A stretch of DNA of 20,000 nt, taken from IMG/VR virus record IMGVR_UViG_3300032293_002036; one strand, 5' to 3'. Numbering within the stretch: the stretch's first letter is position 1; each line of letters starts with the position of its first letter. The notes under the pieces were generated by a model that saw nothing but the letters and a program-made list of their open reading frames with translations, was not told where the DNA came from and did not search any database. The translations under genes and the position numbers were made by a program. The stretch comes from an uncultured virus (IMG/VR IMGVR_UViG_3300032293_002036). Lineage: Duplodnaviria; Heunggongvirae; Uroviricota; Caudoviricetes. Shown piece by piece: positions 7,046-15,236 of the stretch.

Positions 7046-7786
7046 CTAGCGGGAGTACGCAGGCAGCGAGGTGTTCGGGCTCTCAAAGAACGAGATGGCC
7101 CTGCTGCTGCGCGTGGCGGCCATTTCAGGGGCCTTGCCAGTGAGGAACAGCGATTGCGATTGCCGCAGCCAGAAGTCCCTGTTGAGCCACTGATTGGACG
7201 ACTTGCCCAGATCATCAAACAGCCATGCAACAGTCGCGGCACGCAGTTTGTTCAGGCTTTGGCTTTCCTTCTCGCCCAGCTCCTTGCTCACCATGGCATT
7301 CACCACCGTATGCACCCGCTCGTCGCGGCTGATGTCCTGAGACACCGTGCGCATGCCCACGTCGCCTGTTTGACGGAAGAACGGCAGAGCCACGAAGAAC
7401 ACAGAACGCTCCATGATGCCAGCCTTCAGAATTGGGTGGGCAGGATGCTCGTTCCATGCCTTCAGAATGCTCATAACCTCCAGTTCTGCCTTTTCGCTCG
7501 TGCCGTGGGCGTCCACCACGAAATTGAGCGCAGCCAGATGGCGATCCTCGTCCTCCTGGTTGGAACGCAGGGTCTCGATGAGTCCAGGAGTGTTCGGCAG
7601 CTCTTGCTGCATGCCCTGCTCCAAAAGCTCTTTCACGGGGATCTCCAGGTGCCGAAGAGCCAGCGCCTTGAGCAGTGTGCTCTCAGCGCCTTCAGTTACA
7701 GCGCCCTTTGCCACTGGCACCGGCTGCCAGGACCGCTTCTTCTCCAGAACATTCAGATAGGGGCTCGGGCCAGCAATGGTGCTCAT
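7046..7786 (-). CDS. nrdB: Ribonucleotide reductase class I beta subunit (short ferritin-like, Cyano SP type)
   Basis: 246 aa from ATG 7786 (MSTIAGPSPY). Di-metal ligands 'HLEIPV', 'EDEDRH', 'IMERSVFF', 'SRDERVH'. C-terminal Tyr 'PAYSR'. Directly downstream of nrdA. Confidence 0.85.
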   Translation of the reverse strand: MSTIAGPSPYLNVLEKKRSWQPVPVAKGAVTEGAESTLLKALALRHLEIPVKELLEQGMQQELPNTPGLIETLRSNQEDEDRHLAALNFVVDAHGTSEKAELEVMSILKAWNEHPAHPILKAGIMERSVFFVALPFFRQTGDVGMRTVSQDISRDERVHTVVNAMVSKELGEKESQSLNKLRAATVAWLFDDLGKSSNQWLNRDFWLRQSQSLFLTGKAPEMAATRSSRAISFFESPNTSLPAYSR

Positions 7787-7826
7787 TTTTCGCTCAGTGC
7801 AATGTAAAAAAAGAGAAGAAAACAAA

Positions 7827-7844
7827 GGGCCGAAATTTCGGCCC
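7827..7844 (-). terminator. Hairpin between nrdA and nrdB (terminator-like or stabilising)
   Basis: GGGCCGA-AATT-TCGGCCC perfect stem, followed on the minus strand by TTTGTTTTC. Confidence 0.45.
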
Positions 7845-7871
7845 AAGAGGAAGAGACGATGGGAGGGAGTG

Positions 7872-9314
7872 TCATTCAGCGCAACTGGAGCAGAAGCCTG
7901 CATCCAGATTGCAAGACACACTTTCTTCTACTGGCTCGGCATCACCAAGCCCAAACATGCTTTGAAAATCGTCATCTAGAGCAGCGTAGGCATCATCCTT
8001 CCGTTGCATGTCAGGCATGACTTGCAGCGAGTAGTAGATGCTTGTCTGAGGAGATTCTAGCCATTTCCGCAAGAACTCCCGGTCATAAGTGACCATGTCG
8101 CCCCAAGTGTTCATGGAGTAGCCATGAAACAAATTGGTCGCTTGGAACAAACGAACAATACCATCAGCCACTCGTGAGAAGTTCTCCCAACCCACTTCTG
8201 CAGCGATCTCCACTTCGCCGTAGTCAAAGGTTTCGACGCCGAAGGTGCCGCTGTCGCGATCAACAGTGCGGCCAATGGGAGGGGCAATTTCAGGGGCTGT
8301 TGTGAAGCCCTTGGAATCGAGGTAGCGGTAGGAGCAGGAAGCAGTAGGAGCAATACAGAAAGCGCGTTCCATGCCGTATTTATTTGCAACTTGTTCAGCC
8401 GTGTAAATGGCATCATCAAGAGCGACAACAAGGTCGCCTGCTTTTGTATCGAGCCAGGAATCCCAGTCGCGACCACCAACTGTATAAGCTTCCAAGGCTT
8501 TGCCAAAGTCCTCGTATGTGACGCCATTGATTGCCAAGAAGTTGGCCAAACCAAGCAGTCCGAGGCCCACTTGTTTATCAATGGAAGGGGGGAGATATTC
8601 GCCAGTGTCCCCTACGCCTGTGTCTGGATGGAGCCGGCACAGTTGATGCATCGCCTTGGCGAACACATCCTCCAGCTCTTCAGGAGTGCAAGCGCCCAGA
8701 TTGACATGCTGAAGCAGGCAAGTGCCACGATGCTTTAGCCAGATTTCTTCGCAGACATTCGGCCAGATGCGCTCGCCATTCTTGTCATAGCGCTTTTTCG
8801 TGAGCCAGATGTCTCCAGAGGCAATGCCCTTGAGCAGCGCATCAATGAACTCTTCAGAGGCTTTTTTCAAGAACTGGTCGTCCACTGTGATGGAGCGCTT
8901 CACCCAAGGGAGAGACTGCCTGGAGGCTTGAATGAACTTCAGGGCGTCAGGGTGGTCGTAGTCGAGGTGCAGCGTGACGGCGCCATTACGAAACTGACCG
9001 CCGCGCCGCAGCACTTCATTAAGCTTGCTGTAGATGGTTGCAAAGCTTACTGGGCCGCTGGCTACCAAGCCTTTCCCGTTGTCCTGAGCCTCAGGACGAA
9101 GTTTGGAAAGATTGACGGCTGCTCCTGCAGCATTTCGCAACGCATGAGACACAAAACGCCACGATGCTTCAATGCCATCTGGCCCTTCCATTGAATCTTC
9201 CACCACGAAGGTGCAGCAACTGACAGGGAGACGGCTCTCAGGGCTATCCATCCAGTCTTGAATACGTCCCGTTCGAGCGATTTTAGAGCTTGTAGCTTTT
9301 TCCTTGAATGTCAT
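7872..9314 (-). CDS. nrdA: Ribonucleotide reductase class I alpha subunit (minimal, no ATP cone)
   Basis: 480 aa. 'PVSCC' (C225 equivalent), 'PNVCEEI' (N437/C439/E441), 'GTCLL' (C462), 'IAPTASCS', 'SIYYSL' (Y730/Y731, diagnostic of class I) and C-terminal 'CSSCAE'. Confidence 0.92.
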   Translation of the reverse strand: MTFKEKATSSKIARTGRIQDWMDSPESRLPVSCCTFVVEDSMEGPDGIEASWRFVSHALRNAAGAAVNLSKLRPEAQDNGKGLVASGPVSFATIYSKLNEVLRRGGQFRNGAVTLHLDYDHPDALKFIQASRQSLPWVKRSITVDDQFLKKASEEFIDALLKGIASGDIWLTKKRYDKNGERIWPNVCEEIWLKHRGTCLLQHVNLGACTPEELEDVFAKAMHQLCRLHPDTGVGDTGEYLPPSIDKQVGLGLLGLANFLAINGVTYEDFGKALEAYTVGGRDWDSWLDTKAGDLVVALDDAIYTAEQVANKYGMERAFCIAPTASCSYRYLDSKGFTTAPEIAPPIGRTVDRDSGTFGVETFDYGEVEIAAEVGWENFSRVADGIVRLFQATNLFHGYSMNTWGDMVTYDREFLRKWLESPQTSIYYSLQVMPDMQRKDDAYAALDDDFQSMFGLGDAEPVEESVSCNLDAGFCSSCAE

Positions 9315-9320
9315 GATCGT

Positions 9321-9830
9321 TTAGTGAACTGGATAAAGAGTTGTTAGTCGTTGATTGATGTAATCTAAGCGGGCCTTGGCAACCCTCGCCTCGGCCTCCT
9401 CGGCAGTCGCAAACCCTCCCAGCGCAATTGTTTTTCCTTGGCAGACTAAGCGAGCATAGTACCTGTTATCCACCTTGTGAACGCCTCGCCCGTATTGAGA
9501 TTTTCTTGCCTTGGTATTGTGCAATTGCCCTTCGTAGGTAGCGAGCCTCAGGTTTGCTGGATCATTATTGGACGGATTTCGGTCGATGTGATCAATGGTC
9601 ATTGAGCCTGGATCTCTTCGGTGAAAGATTGCCCAAACAACTCGATGACAGTGAAAACGACGACCGTAAAAATTTACGATCGAATGACCAGTGTCCTTGA
9701 CGCAACCAGCAATATCACCGGCTTTCATTTTCCAGTGATTCACTTTCCATCGAAGCCCCGTTGGGCTGGTCAGTGAGATAGAGAGCTTGGAACTTAATCT
9801 CTCCACATCTAAAGGCAGATGTGGCTTCAT
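9321..9830 (-). CDS. HNH homing endonuclease with a C-terminal AP2 domain
   Basis: 'HRVVWAIFH...TIDHIDRNPSNNDPANLR' HNH core. 'YGRGVHKVDNRYYARL...LGGFATAEEA' AP2 domain. Confidence 0.88.
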   Translation of the reverse strand: MKPHLPLDVERLSSKLSISLTSPTGLRWKVNHWKMKAGDIAGCVKDTGHSIVNFYGRRFHCHRVVWAIFHRRDPGSMTIDHIDRNPSNNDPANLRLATYEGQLHNTKARKSQYGRGVHKVDNRYYARLVCQGKTIALGGFATAEEAEARVAKARLDYINQRLTTLYPVH

Positions 9831-9857
9831 AAAAGGCTTTGGCAGGGCTTTGAAAGT

Positions 9858-9971
9858 TTAGCATGAAAACCGTGCAGCCACTGCCAGTCGCCCTTCGGGG
9901 CTGTCAAGCCAGTCCTGCACCCTTCCTGTGCGGGCAATCTTTGCACACGTTGCGTTTTCCTTGAATGACAT
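9858..9971 (-). pseudogene. nrdA: Truncated, frameshifted duplicate of the nrdA 5' end
   Basis: Hand translation MSFKENATCAKIARTGRVQDWLDSPEGRLAVAARFSC* versus NrdA MTFKEKATSSKIARTGRIQDWMDSPESRLPVSCCTF gives 23/31 identical. A 1-nt frame shift after 'RLAV' restores 'xCTVF'. Confidence 0.88.
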
Positions 9972-9975
9972 GGAC

Positions 9976-9999
9976 AAAAAAAGCCCGCTTGTGCGGGCT
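9976..9999 (-). terminator. Intrinsic terminator
   Basis: AGCCCGC-ACAA-GCGGGCT followed by a T run on the minus strand. Confidence 0.7.
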
Positions 10000-10074
10000 G
10001 CGATCAACAGAGGAAGCCTAGCGCAGACCAGGGGTTTCCCTTGCCTTAATGACGAAAGCTTTCAGGAGCCCTCT

Positions 10075-10263
10075 CTAGTCGCACAGACCTTCGGAGTCTT
10101 CCATCGCCTGCCTGTCCCTGGCGAACAGCACTGCATTGCTCTTGCTTCTGAAATAGAAAGGCTTCCCTTCGTAAGCGATGAACCACTGATAGTCGGGCCG
10201 GCTATGAACAGGCCAAACTTTTATCCCGCCAACCATAAATGGCGATGGTAGGTCGTCGAACAT
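10075..10263 (-). CDS. Small hypothetical protein
   Basis: 62 aa from ATG 10263 (MFDDLPSPFMVGGIKVWPVHSRPDYQWFIAYEG...). Confidence 0.6.
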   Translation of the reverse strand: MFDDLPSPFMVGGIKVWPVHSRPDYQWFIAYEGKPFYFRSKSNAVLFARDRQAMEDSEGLCD

Positions 10264-10336
10264 AACAATGCCCCAGCCTTTTATCAAGACTAGGGCGGAT
10301 CGATGGGGAAAGTAGTGGTGAATGATACCTATCGTT

Positions 10337-10522
10337 TCACAGTCGCACCTCCGTAGTGACTAGGTATTTAGTCGGGACTCCATGAAAAGATACAATGTCA
10401 AGGTCAATGGCCACAACGCTGCATTGAGTTTCCTTTTCAAACTTCTCAATGGCGTCTGCCATCGCTTTTTCAAGCACGCGCTTGGCAGCTATTACTTCTT
10501 GAATGGTCATGTTTGCGTTCAT
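10337..10522 (-). CDS. Small hypothetical protein
   Basis: ORF 'MNANMTIQEVIAAKRVLEKAMADAIEKFEKETQCSV...'. Start may instead be ATG 10510. Confidence 0.6.
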   Translation of the reverse strand: MNANMTIQEVIAAKRVLEKAMADAIEKFEKETQCSVVAIDLDIVSFHGVPTKYLVTTEVRL

Positions 10523-10602
10523 AAGAGAAAATTGCAATGGGGGGGGGAGTGGTGATAAAGAAGAGGCGCCTAGCGCCCCTTTGTTCTTTTTAACGGATCG
10601 CT

Positions 10603-11664
10603 TTAGCGAAGCTCATCAAGAGCGGTGAGCCAGTTAGCGAGGATCGCCCTTTGCTGTTCCCCGAAAGGAGCATCGCCATATGCAAATTTACTCCAGTAGC
10701 TGCGTCCTTGAGGAGAGCTTGACCAGACAAACGCTCCACTCAGATTGTCTGAGTCGAAGGGCTTTGTCAGCAGACGCAGGGTGTGCTCAGGACAAATTCT
10801 GCGCAGGAACTCCTCGCTGGGGGCGGGCGCTTTCTCCACCTCTTTCTCTGCCTTTGCTTTTGCAGCCTGCTTTTTCTTTGCCTTGAAATGAGCAGTCAGC
10901 CAGCTCTCCAGGATTTCCTTCTGCTCTTCGCCGAAAGCACTCTCATCGTCCTGAAACTTCGACCAGTAGTAGTGCCCTTGAGGAGAATTCTTCCAAGTGA
11001 ATGCACGGGGCAAGTGGCGTTTGTCTGCGCTGAAGGGCTCTGTTAGCAAAGGGAGAATGTGCTTGGCCGGCAGGTCAATCAAGAAACTCTCGCTAGGCAG
11101 GGGCCAGGATGCCTCATCCTCTTCTTCCTTCTCTTCTTCTTCGGGCTCTTTCTCTGCCTCGTCCAATTCAAGACGCGCAATCAGCCAGTTGCAAACGATG
11201 TCCTTTTGCTCTTGGGTGAAAGGAGTCCGCCCATGGTGAATGTCCCCCCAGTAGCCAACACCTTGAGGGGAGTCCGACCAAGAGAAAGCACGGATCAAAT
11301 GAAAAAGTCCTTCATGGAAAGGTTTGGCCAGAAGATACAGCGCTTGGTCCATATTTATAGACAGCAGGAACTCCTTGCTGGGCTCGTCCCACTCTTCCTT
11401 TTCGGACTCTTCCTCTTCTACTGCCGGCTCACTTTCTTCAACGGCCTCCTTGCTTGCAGTTTGTCGAAGAAGCTTAACAGCTTCAACAAGCAGAGGGATT
11501 TCCTCGAAGTCAAGCGTAACCTCTTCATCGTCATACTGCTTAAGGCTCACATACTCATGACCTTGTTCCCCGTCAAGGGAAACGCGGACAGTTGATGGGT
11601 CGCTGGCCCCTTCGTGAAGGGGCACAATGGCAATTTCAACGGGACCTAGGGTGTAACCGGACAT
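10603..11664 (-). CDS. Hypothetical protein with three tandem ~65-aa AFxWxxSPQGxxYW domains
   Basis: Three clear internal repeats separated by acidic or Lys/Ala linkers. Start at ATG 11664 after a pyrimidine leader; GTG 11703 is an alternative. Confidence 0.85.
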   Translation of the reverse strand: MSGYTLGPVEIAIVPLHEGASDPSTVRVSLDGEQGHEYVSLKQYDDEEVTLDFEEIPLLVEAVKLLRQTASKEAVEESEPAVEEEESEKEEWDEPSKEFLLSINMDQALYLLAKPFHEGLFHLIRAFSWSDSPQGVGYWGDIHHGRTPFTQEQKDIVCNWLIARLELDEAEKEPEEEEKEEEDEASWPLPSESFLIDLPAKHILPLLTEPFSADKRHLPRAFTWKNSPQGHYYWSKFQDDESAFGEEQKEILESWLTAHFKAKKKQAAKAKAEKEVEKAPAPSEEFLRRICPEHTLRLLTKPFDSDNLSGAFVWSSSPQGRSYWSKFAYGDAPFGEQQRAILANWLTALDELR

Positions 11665-11699
11665 GTTTGAGGGGAAAGAAAAACGAGGCCTGATGGTTG

Positions 11700-11939
11700 T
11701 CACCAGTCAGGATATGAGAAGGGTAGCTGGCTTTCGTCCATTGTCAACTCCCATTGAATGAGGTCCACTTGGTGACCTGTCTTGTTCGTCACACGAGGGC
11801 GATAGAAGCTTTCCTTCTCGGGCCTGAGCATAGCAGGCAGCTCGCGCACGGTTCGATGCCAGGCTCGCTCAGAAGGCACAAACACCCTCCAGAGGCTTGT
11901 CACGGCCACGTAGCCAGAACGACTGTCGTTGTATCCCAT
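11700..11939 (-). CDS. Hypothetical protein
   Basis: 79 aa from ATG 11939 (MGYNDSRSGY...), preceded by the pyrimidine-rich leader seen at other genes here. Confidence 0.55.
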   Translation of the reverse strand: MGYNDSRSGYVAVTSLWRVFVPSERAWHRTVRELPAMLRPEKESFYRPRVTNKTGHQVDLIQWELTMDESQLPFSYPDW

Positions 11940-12622
11940 GGGAAAGAAGGGGGGAAGCAGGAAGCTCACAGCATAATCACAAGCTTTTTCGCCTCCCATT
12001 GTCCGAAAACGCTCACAAAAGACACCTTTTTAATTGGCACAACAAGGCTACGACTAGAGTCTCATTTAAGTCTCATTTTGAGATTGTGAGATTTCGCTTT
12101 ACCATTAGTACATGGCGTAGCGCGTAGAGCGTTCAGCTTCGTCACGTTCGTGAGCCGCTTCGCGAAGGAGCCCCAAGCGTTCCCGAACAAGCGGCTCAGC
12201 TCCATCACTCTCCTTCAATTACTTTCTTCTAAGTAACCCTTGCAAGGAGCCTTACGAGCTGAGCCCCAAGCGACTACGTTCTAAAGGCTCCTCCTTCACC
12301 ACCTCCTTTCGCTCTCTCTTCTTTTCTGTCGTAACGCCCATGGTGTGCGTAGCTTTCACCCAGGCAAAACAATAAACGAAAGCAATAGAAGAAGAAAAGA
12401 AAGAAGATCGCAATGAACAAACGCTGGGGCTCCCTCTCTTAGCGATCTTCTAAAGACAATGGCTCGAAACAATAGCCCTTCGCGAATGCACAGTTATCGA
12501 ACATCTAGGTGTCCTCACTTTCAGCTCGTAAGCTACAGATCGTTCGGACAGTGCGCACTAGCTTTTGCCTGGGGAGAACCTCAAAATTTCCGTTAAAATA
12601 AAAGGGTACGCACGGAGTTCCG

Positions 12623-13216
12623 TTGGAAACAAAGAAATGTTCATCTTGTCAAGTCACGCTGTCGCTCGACAAATTTTACAAAGACTCATCCAGGCGCGAT
12701 GGCCTGACGAACAAGTGCAAACGATGCTCTTACGCAAGGCGTGTTAAATACGTAGAGAAAAACCCTGAGATTATCAAAGCAGAAAAACAAAGATACTACG
12801 CTCGAAACGCTGAAAAATTGCGCAAGTATTACTTTGACAACAGGGAGCGAATCTTGGCTACGGCAAAAGAAAGCCGAACCGGCAAGGAAGGATACATTAG
12901 AACCATGCTGAACTCGGCAAAAGCTCGCGCCAAGCGAAAGGGTTGGGATTTTGATTTAGAACTAAATGCGTTGTTAGGCATTGCCGGCGATTGCTGTCCA
13001 GTCGATGGGCTTCCTTTTGACTGGGATAGACAATTAGAAATTGATAACGCACTCCCATTGACCGTTCCATCTCTTGACAGAATTGATTCGTCTCGTGGCT
13101 ACACAAAAGACAACGTAATGATTATTGGCGACAAATGGAACAGATGGAAAAGCAACATGGATCTTGACGACTTGGAACAGCTAATTCAATATGTACGCAG
13201 TGTTACAAAAGGCTAA
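12623..13216 (+). CDS. HNH-type (beta-beta-alpha-Me) endonuclease with an N-terminal Zn ribbon
   Basis: 'KKCSSC...FYKD...DGLTNKCKRC' Zn ribbon. 'CPVDG...SLDRIDSSRGYTKDNVMII...NRWKSN' nuclease core. GGAG 5 nt before the TTG start. AT-rich. Confidence 0.82.
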   Translation: METKKCSSCQVTLSLDKFYKDSSRRDGLTNKCKRCSYARRVKYVEKNPEIIKAEKQRYYARNAEKLRKYYFDNRERILATAKESRTGKEGYIRTMLNSAKARAKRKGWDFDLELNALLGIAGDCCPVDGLPFDWDRQLEIDNALPLTVPSLDRIDSSRGYTKDNVMIIGDKWNRWKSNMDLDDLEQLIQYVRSVTKG

Positions 13217-13273
13217 AAAACTCGATCGTTTTTGCCGTCGCGGTTAACGGGGGTACCCCCACCCCCCTCTCCC

Positions 13274-13289
13274 TAGTACATCCGTACTA
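13274..13289. promoter_or_regulatory. TAGTAC-N4-GTACTA palindrome (cyanobacterial LexA-box-like)
   Basis: TAGTACATCCGTACTA, one mismatch to RGTACNNNDGTWCB. Confidence 0.45.
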
Positions 13290-13456
13290 CTGCTCCCTGT
13301 CTGTATCCATTGTTACCATTTCACACTTCAAAACACAGGGAATCTTAATCGAAACATTCTCAATAGCGCGTATTGTTGAGAATTCTCTCTCCTTCGCATG
13401 AGAAAGGCCTCCCCTTCGAGAAGGAGAGGCGAGAAGGCTTCTCAACCTAGGGGTTC

Positions 13457-13645
13457 TCAGGAGCCTTGAAGGAGGCGCGCTCGAGCCTCTCGAGAGGAGG
13501 AGAAGGGGAGGCAAGGCGAGGAGCGCTCGAGCCTTTCGAGGAGGCTCTCGAGGAGCTCCTCCTCGAGCATGCTCTCAGGCTCGAAGGCCTCGAGAGCGAG
13601 GAGAAGAAGAAGGAGCTCGAGCGAGGAGAAGGAGGAGGGACTCAT
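13457..13645 (-). CDS. Small hypothetical protein (GT/AC-depleted island)
   Basis: 62 aa (MSPSSFSSLELLLL...). ATGA overlap with the upstream gene. No Val or Thr. Confidence 0.5.
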   Translation of the reverse strand: MSPSSFSSLELLLLLLALEAFEPESMLEEELLESLLERLERSSPCLPFSSSREARARLLQGS

Positions 13646-14757
13646 GAGCATTCTCCCAATCCCGAGAAGCGCGCGAGGCCTCCTCCTGAGAGCTCCTGCC
13701 AGTCAGCGTGAGGAGCGAGCGCAAAGGCCTTCGCGCTCTCAGGCTTCGAGCCTCTCGAGCGCTTAAGGCGAAGGAGCACCGCAAGGCCTGAGAAGCCAGC
13801 GCGAGGCGCTCGATCGAGCATGCGCAGGTCGTTAAGGTCGCCGTCGATGCAATCGAGGCGCGCGAGGCCTCCTCCTTTCGCGGTGAGCATGAGCTCAGCC
13901 GGGAGAGGCTCGCCTTTCGCGAGGAGCACCGGCACGGCAATTGCGAAGCCATGGCGAGAGGCCTCGAGAGCGCGCAATGCTCCTCCGGGAGCATCCGCAG
14001 CAAGGCTCGCCGTGGTGTGGATGCCGGCTTCTCTCATGGCGAGAAGGCGCGCAAGAGGAGCCTTAGCGTAATCGTACAAGTGCACTCCTCGAGCATCGCG
14101 CAAGGCCTCCGGGATTGTGAGCCTCCCGGATGGGATTGGGCTCCCATAAAGGCGAGAAAGGCCTCGAGCCTCCTCCGGAGAAAGGCGCGCGCTCATGCTC
14201 CGCTCATGCCACGGGAGCTCCTGAGTGCCATTAAGGCGAAGCGCAAAGGGGAGGCGAAGCTTGCGCGCCTTGCGCGCTGCGAGGCCTCCGGACCACAGAA
14301 GCGCCTTTATAAAGGCTTCTGAGTCCCATAGAAAGGCGAGCATTCTGCGAGCGCGACAGGAGGCGCATGCTGTGCTGATCCCCCCGTGGCCGGAGAATGC
14401 CAGGCACAGATCACGGCATGATGCGCTCGAGAAGGCGCAAGCGTTAAGCGCGAGCGCGCGCTCGAGGAGCCCGCAACGGATCGCGAGCTCGCGAAGGCCC
14501 GGGAGCTCGCTCCTCACGTCGCAAGTATGCGAGTCCGGAGTCAGTGCGCGCGCAAGTCCTCGAGCCGGGAGCATATGAAGGAGCGAGGAGAAGGCGAGGC
14601 CTTCGCCTTTCGCGAGCTTCGCGTTTGCAGCTCCGGAGGTGAGAAGGCCGGGGATCGTGAGGCCGAACTGCGCGAGGCTCGAGGAGAACTCGCGAGGAGA
14701 GCGAGGCGCCTTCGAGCGGACTGCAGGAGGAGCGAGGAGGAGAGAAGGAGAAGCCAT
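13642..14757 (-). CDS. GP88-like (radical-SAM-related, Cys-rich) phage protein
   Basis: 'LLTSGAANAKLAK', 'NACAFSSASCRDLCLAFSGHG' (Cx6Cx3C), 'LRLNGTQE.PW', 'LYDYAK' and 'DGDLNDLRMLD' match the gene-product-88-type family as recalled. Confidence 0.7.
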   Translation of the reverse strand: MASPSLLLAPPAVRSKAPRSPREFSSSLAQFGLTIPGLLTSGAANAKLAKGEGLAFSSLLHMLPARGLARALTPDSHTCDVRSELPGLRELAIRCGLLERALALNACAFSSASCRDLCLAFSGHGGISTACASCRARRMLAFLWDSEAFIKALLWSGGLAARKARKLRLPFALRLNGTQELPWHERSMSARLSPEEARGLSRLYGSPIPSGRLTIPEALRDARGVHLYDYAKAPLARLLAMREAGIHTTASLAADAPGGALRALEASRHGFAIAVPVLLAKGEPLPAELMLTAKGGGLARLDCIDGDLNDLRMLDRAPRAGFSGLAVLLRLKRSRGSKPESAKAFALAPHADWQELSGGGLARFSGLGECS

Positions 14758-14801
14758 GAGAAGGAGAAAGGAGAAAGGAGAAGGAGAAAGGCGAAAGGAG
14801 C

Positions 14802-15236
14802 TCAGCGAGCGAGGAGAGGCCAGCGCAGCTCAGCCATGAGCTCTTCGAGCTCCTCGAGGCTCTCCTCGAGCTGAGCCTGCAGAGCCTCTCGCCTGTCGGC
14901 GATTGTGCGGAGATCCGCTGCGCGCTCGCGCAGTTGCAAGGCTCCCATTTGCAGATCCTTCGCGCTCATGCACAGGCGAGGCTCGCGCTCGAGAGCTGAG
15001 AGAAAGGAGGAGGCCTCGACCTCGAGCTCCTCGGCATCGGCGCGCAAGGAGAAAGGCGAGGAGCGCTCCTCGAGAAGCGCGAGGTTCTTCTCGAGCATGA
15101 GCGCGAAGGCCTCCGCCTCCTCGAGCGAGGAGAAGGAGAGCGCAGGCCAGGAGAGCTCACCTGGGAGCACAGGCGAAGGCGAGAGGCGAGGAGCGCGAGG
15201 CGCGCGCAGTTCACCGGGGAGGAGAGGAGAAGCCAT
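14802..15236 (-). CDS. Hypothetical coiled-coil protein (GT/AC-depleted island)
   Basis: 144 aa. Same MASP-LL start and pyrimidine leader as the downstream gene. Helical, E/L/A/R-rich. Confidence 0.6.
   Translation of the reverse strand: MASPLLPGELRAPRAPRLSPSPVLPGELSWPALSFSSLEEAEAFALMLEKNLALLEERSSPFSLRADAEELEVEASSFLSALEREPRLCMSAKDLQMGALQLRERAADLRTIADRREALQAQLEESLEELEELMAELRWPLLAR

Noticed and set aside
7872..9314. Class II (B12-dependent) NrdJ
   Set aside because: The YY dyad and an adjacent ferritin-like beta gene indicate class I.
9315..9860. Group I intron in nrdA
   Set aside because: nrdA is complete downstream with its own start. Only ~30 nt and 6 nt flank the HNH ORF, leaving no room for a ribozyme core.
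10030..10070. Hammerhead ribozyme (TAATGACGAAAG)
   Set aside because: Lacks the CUGANGA core and the required three stems.
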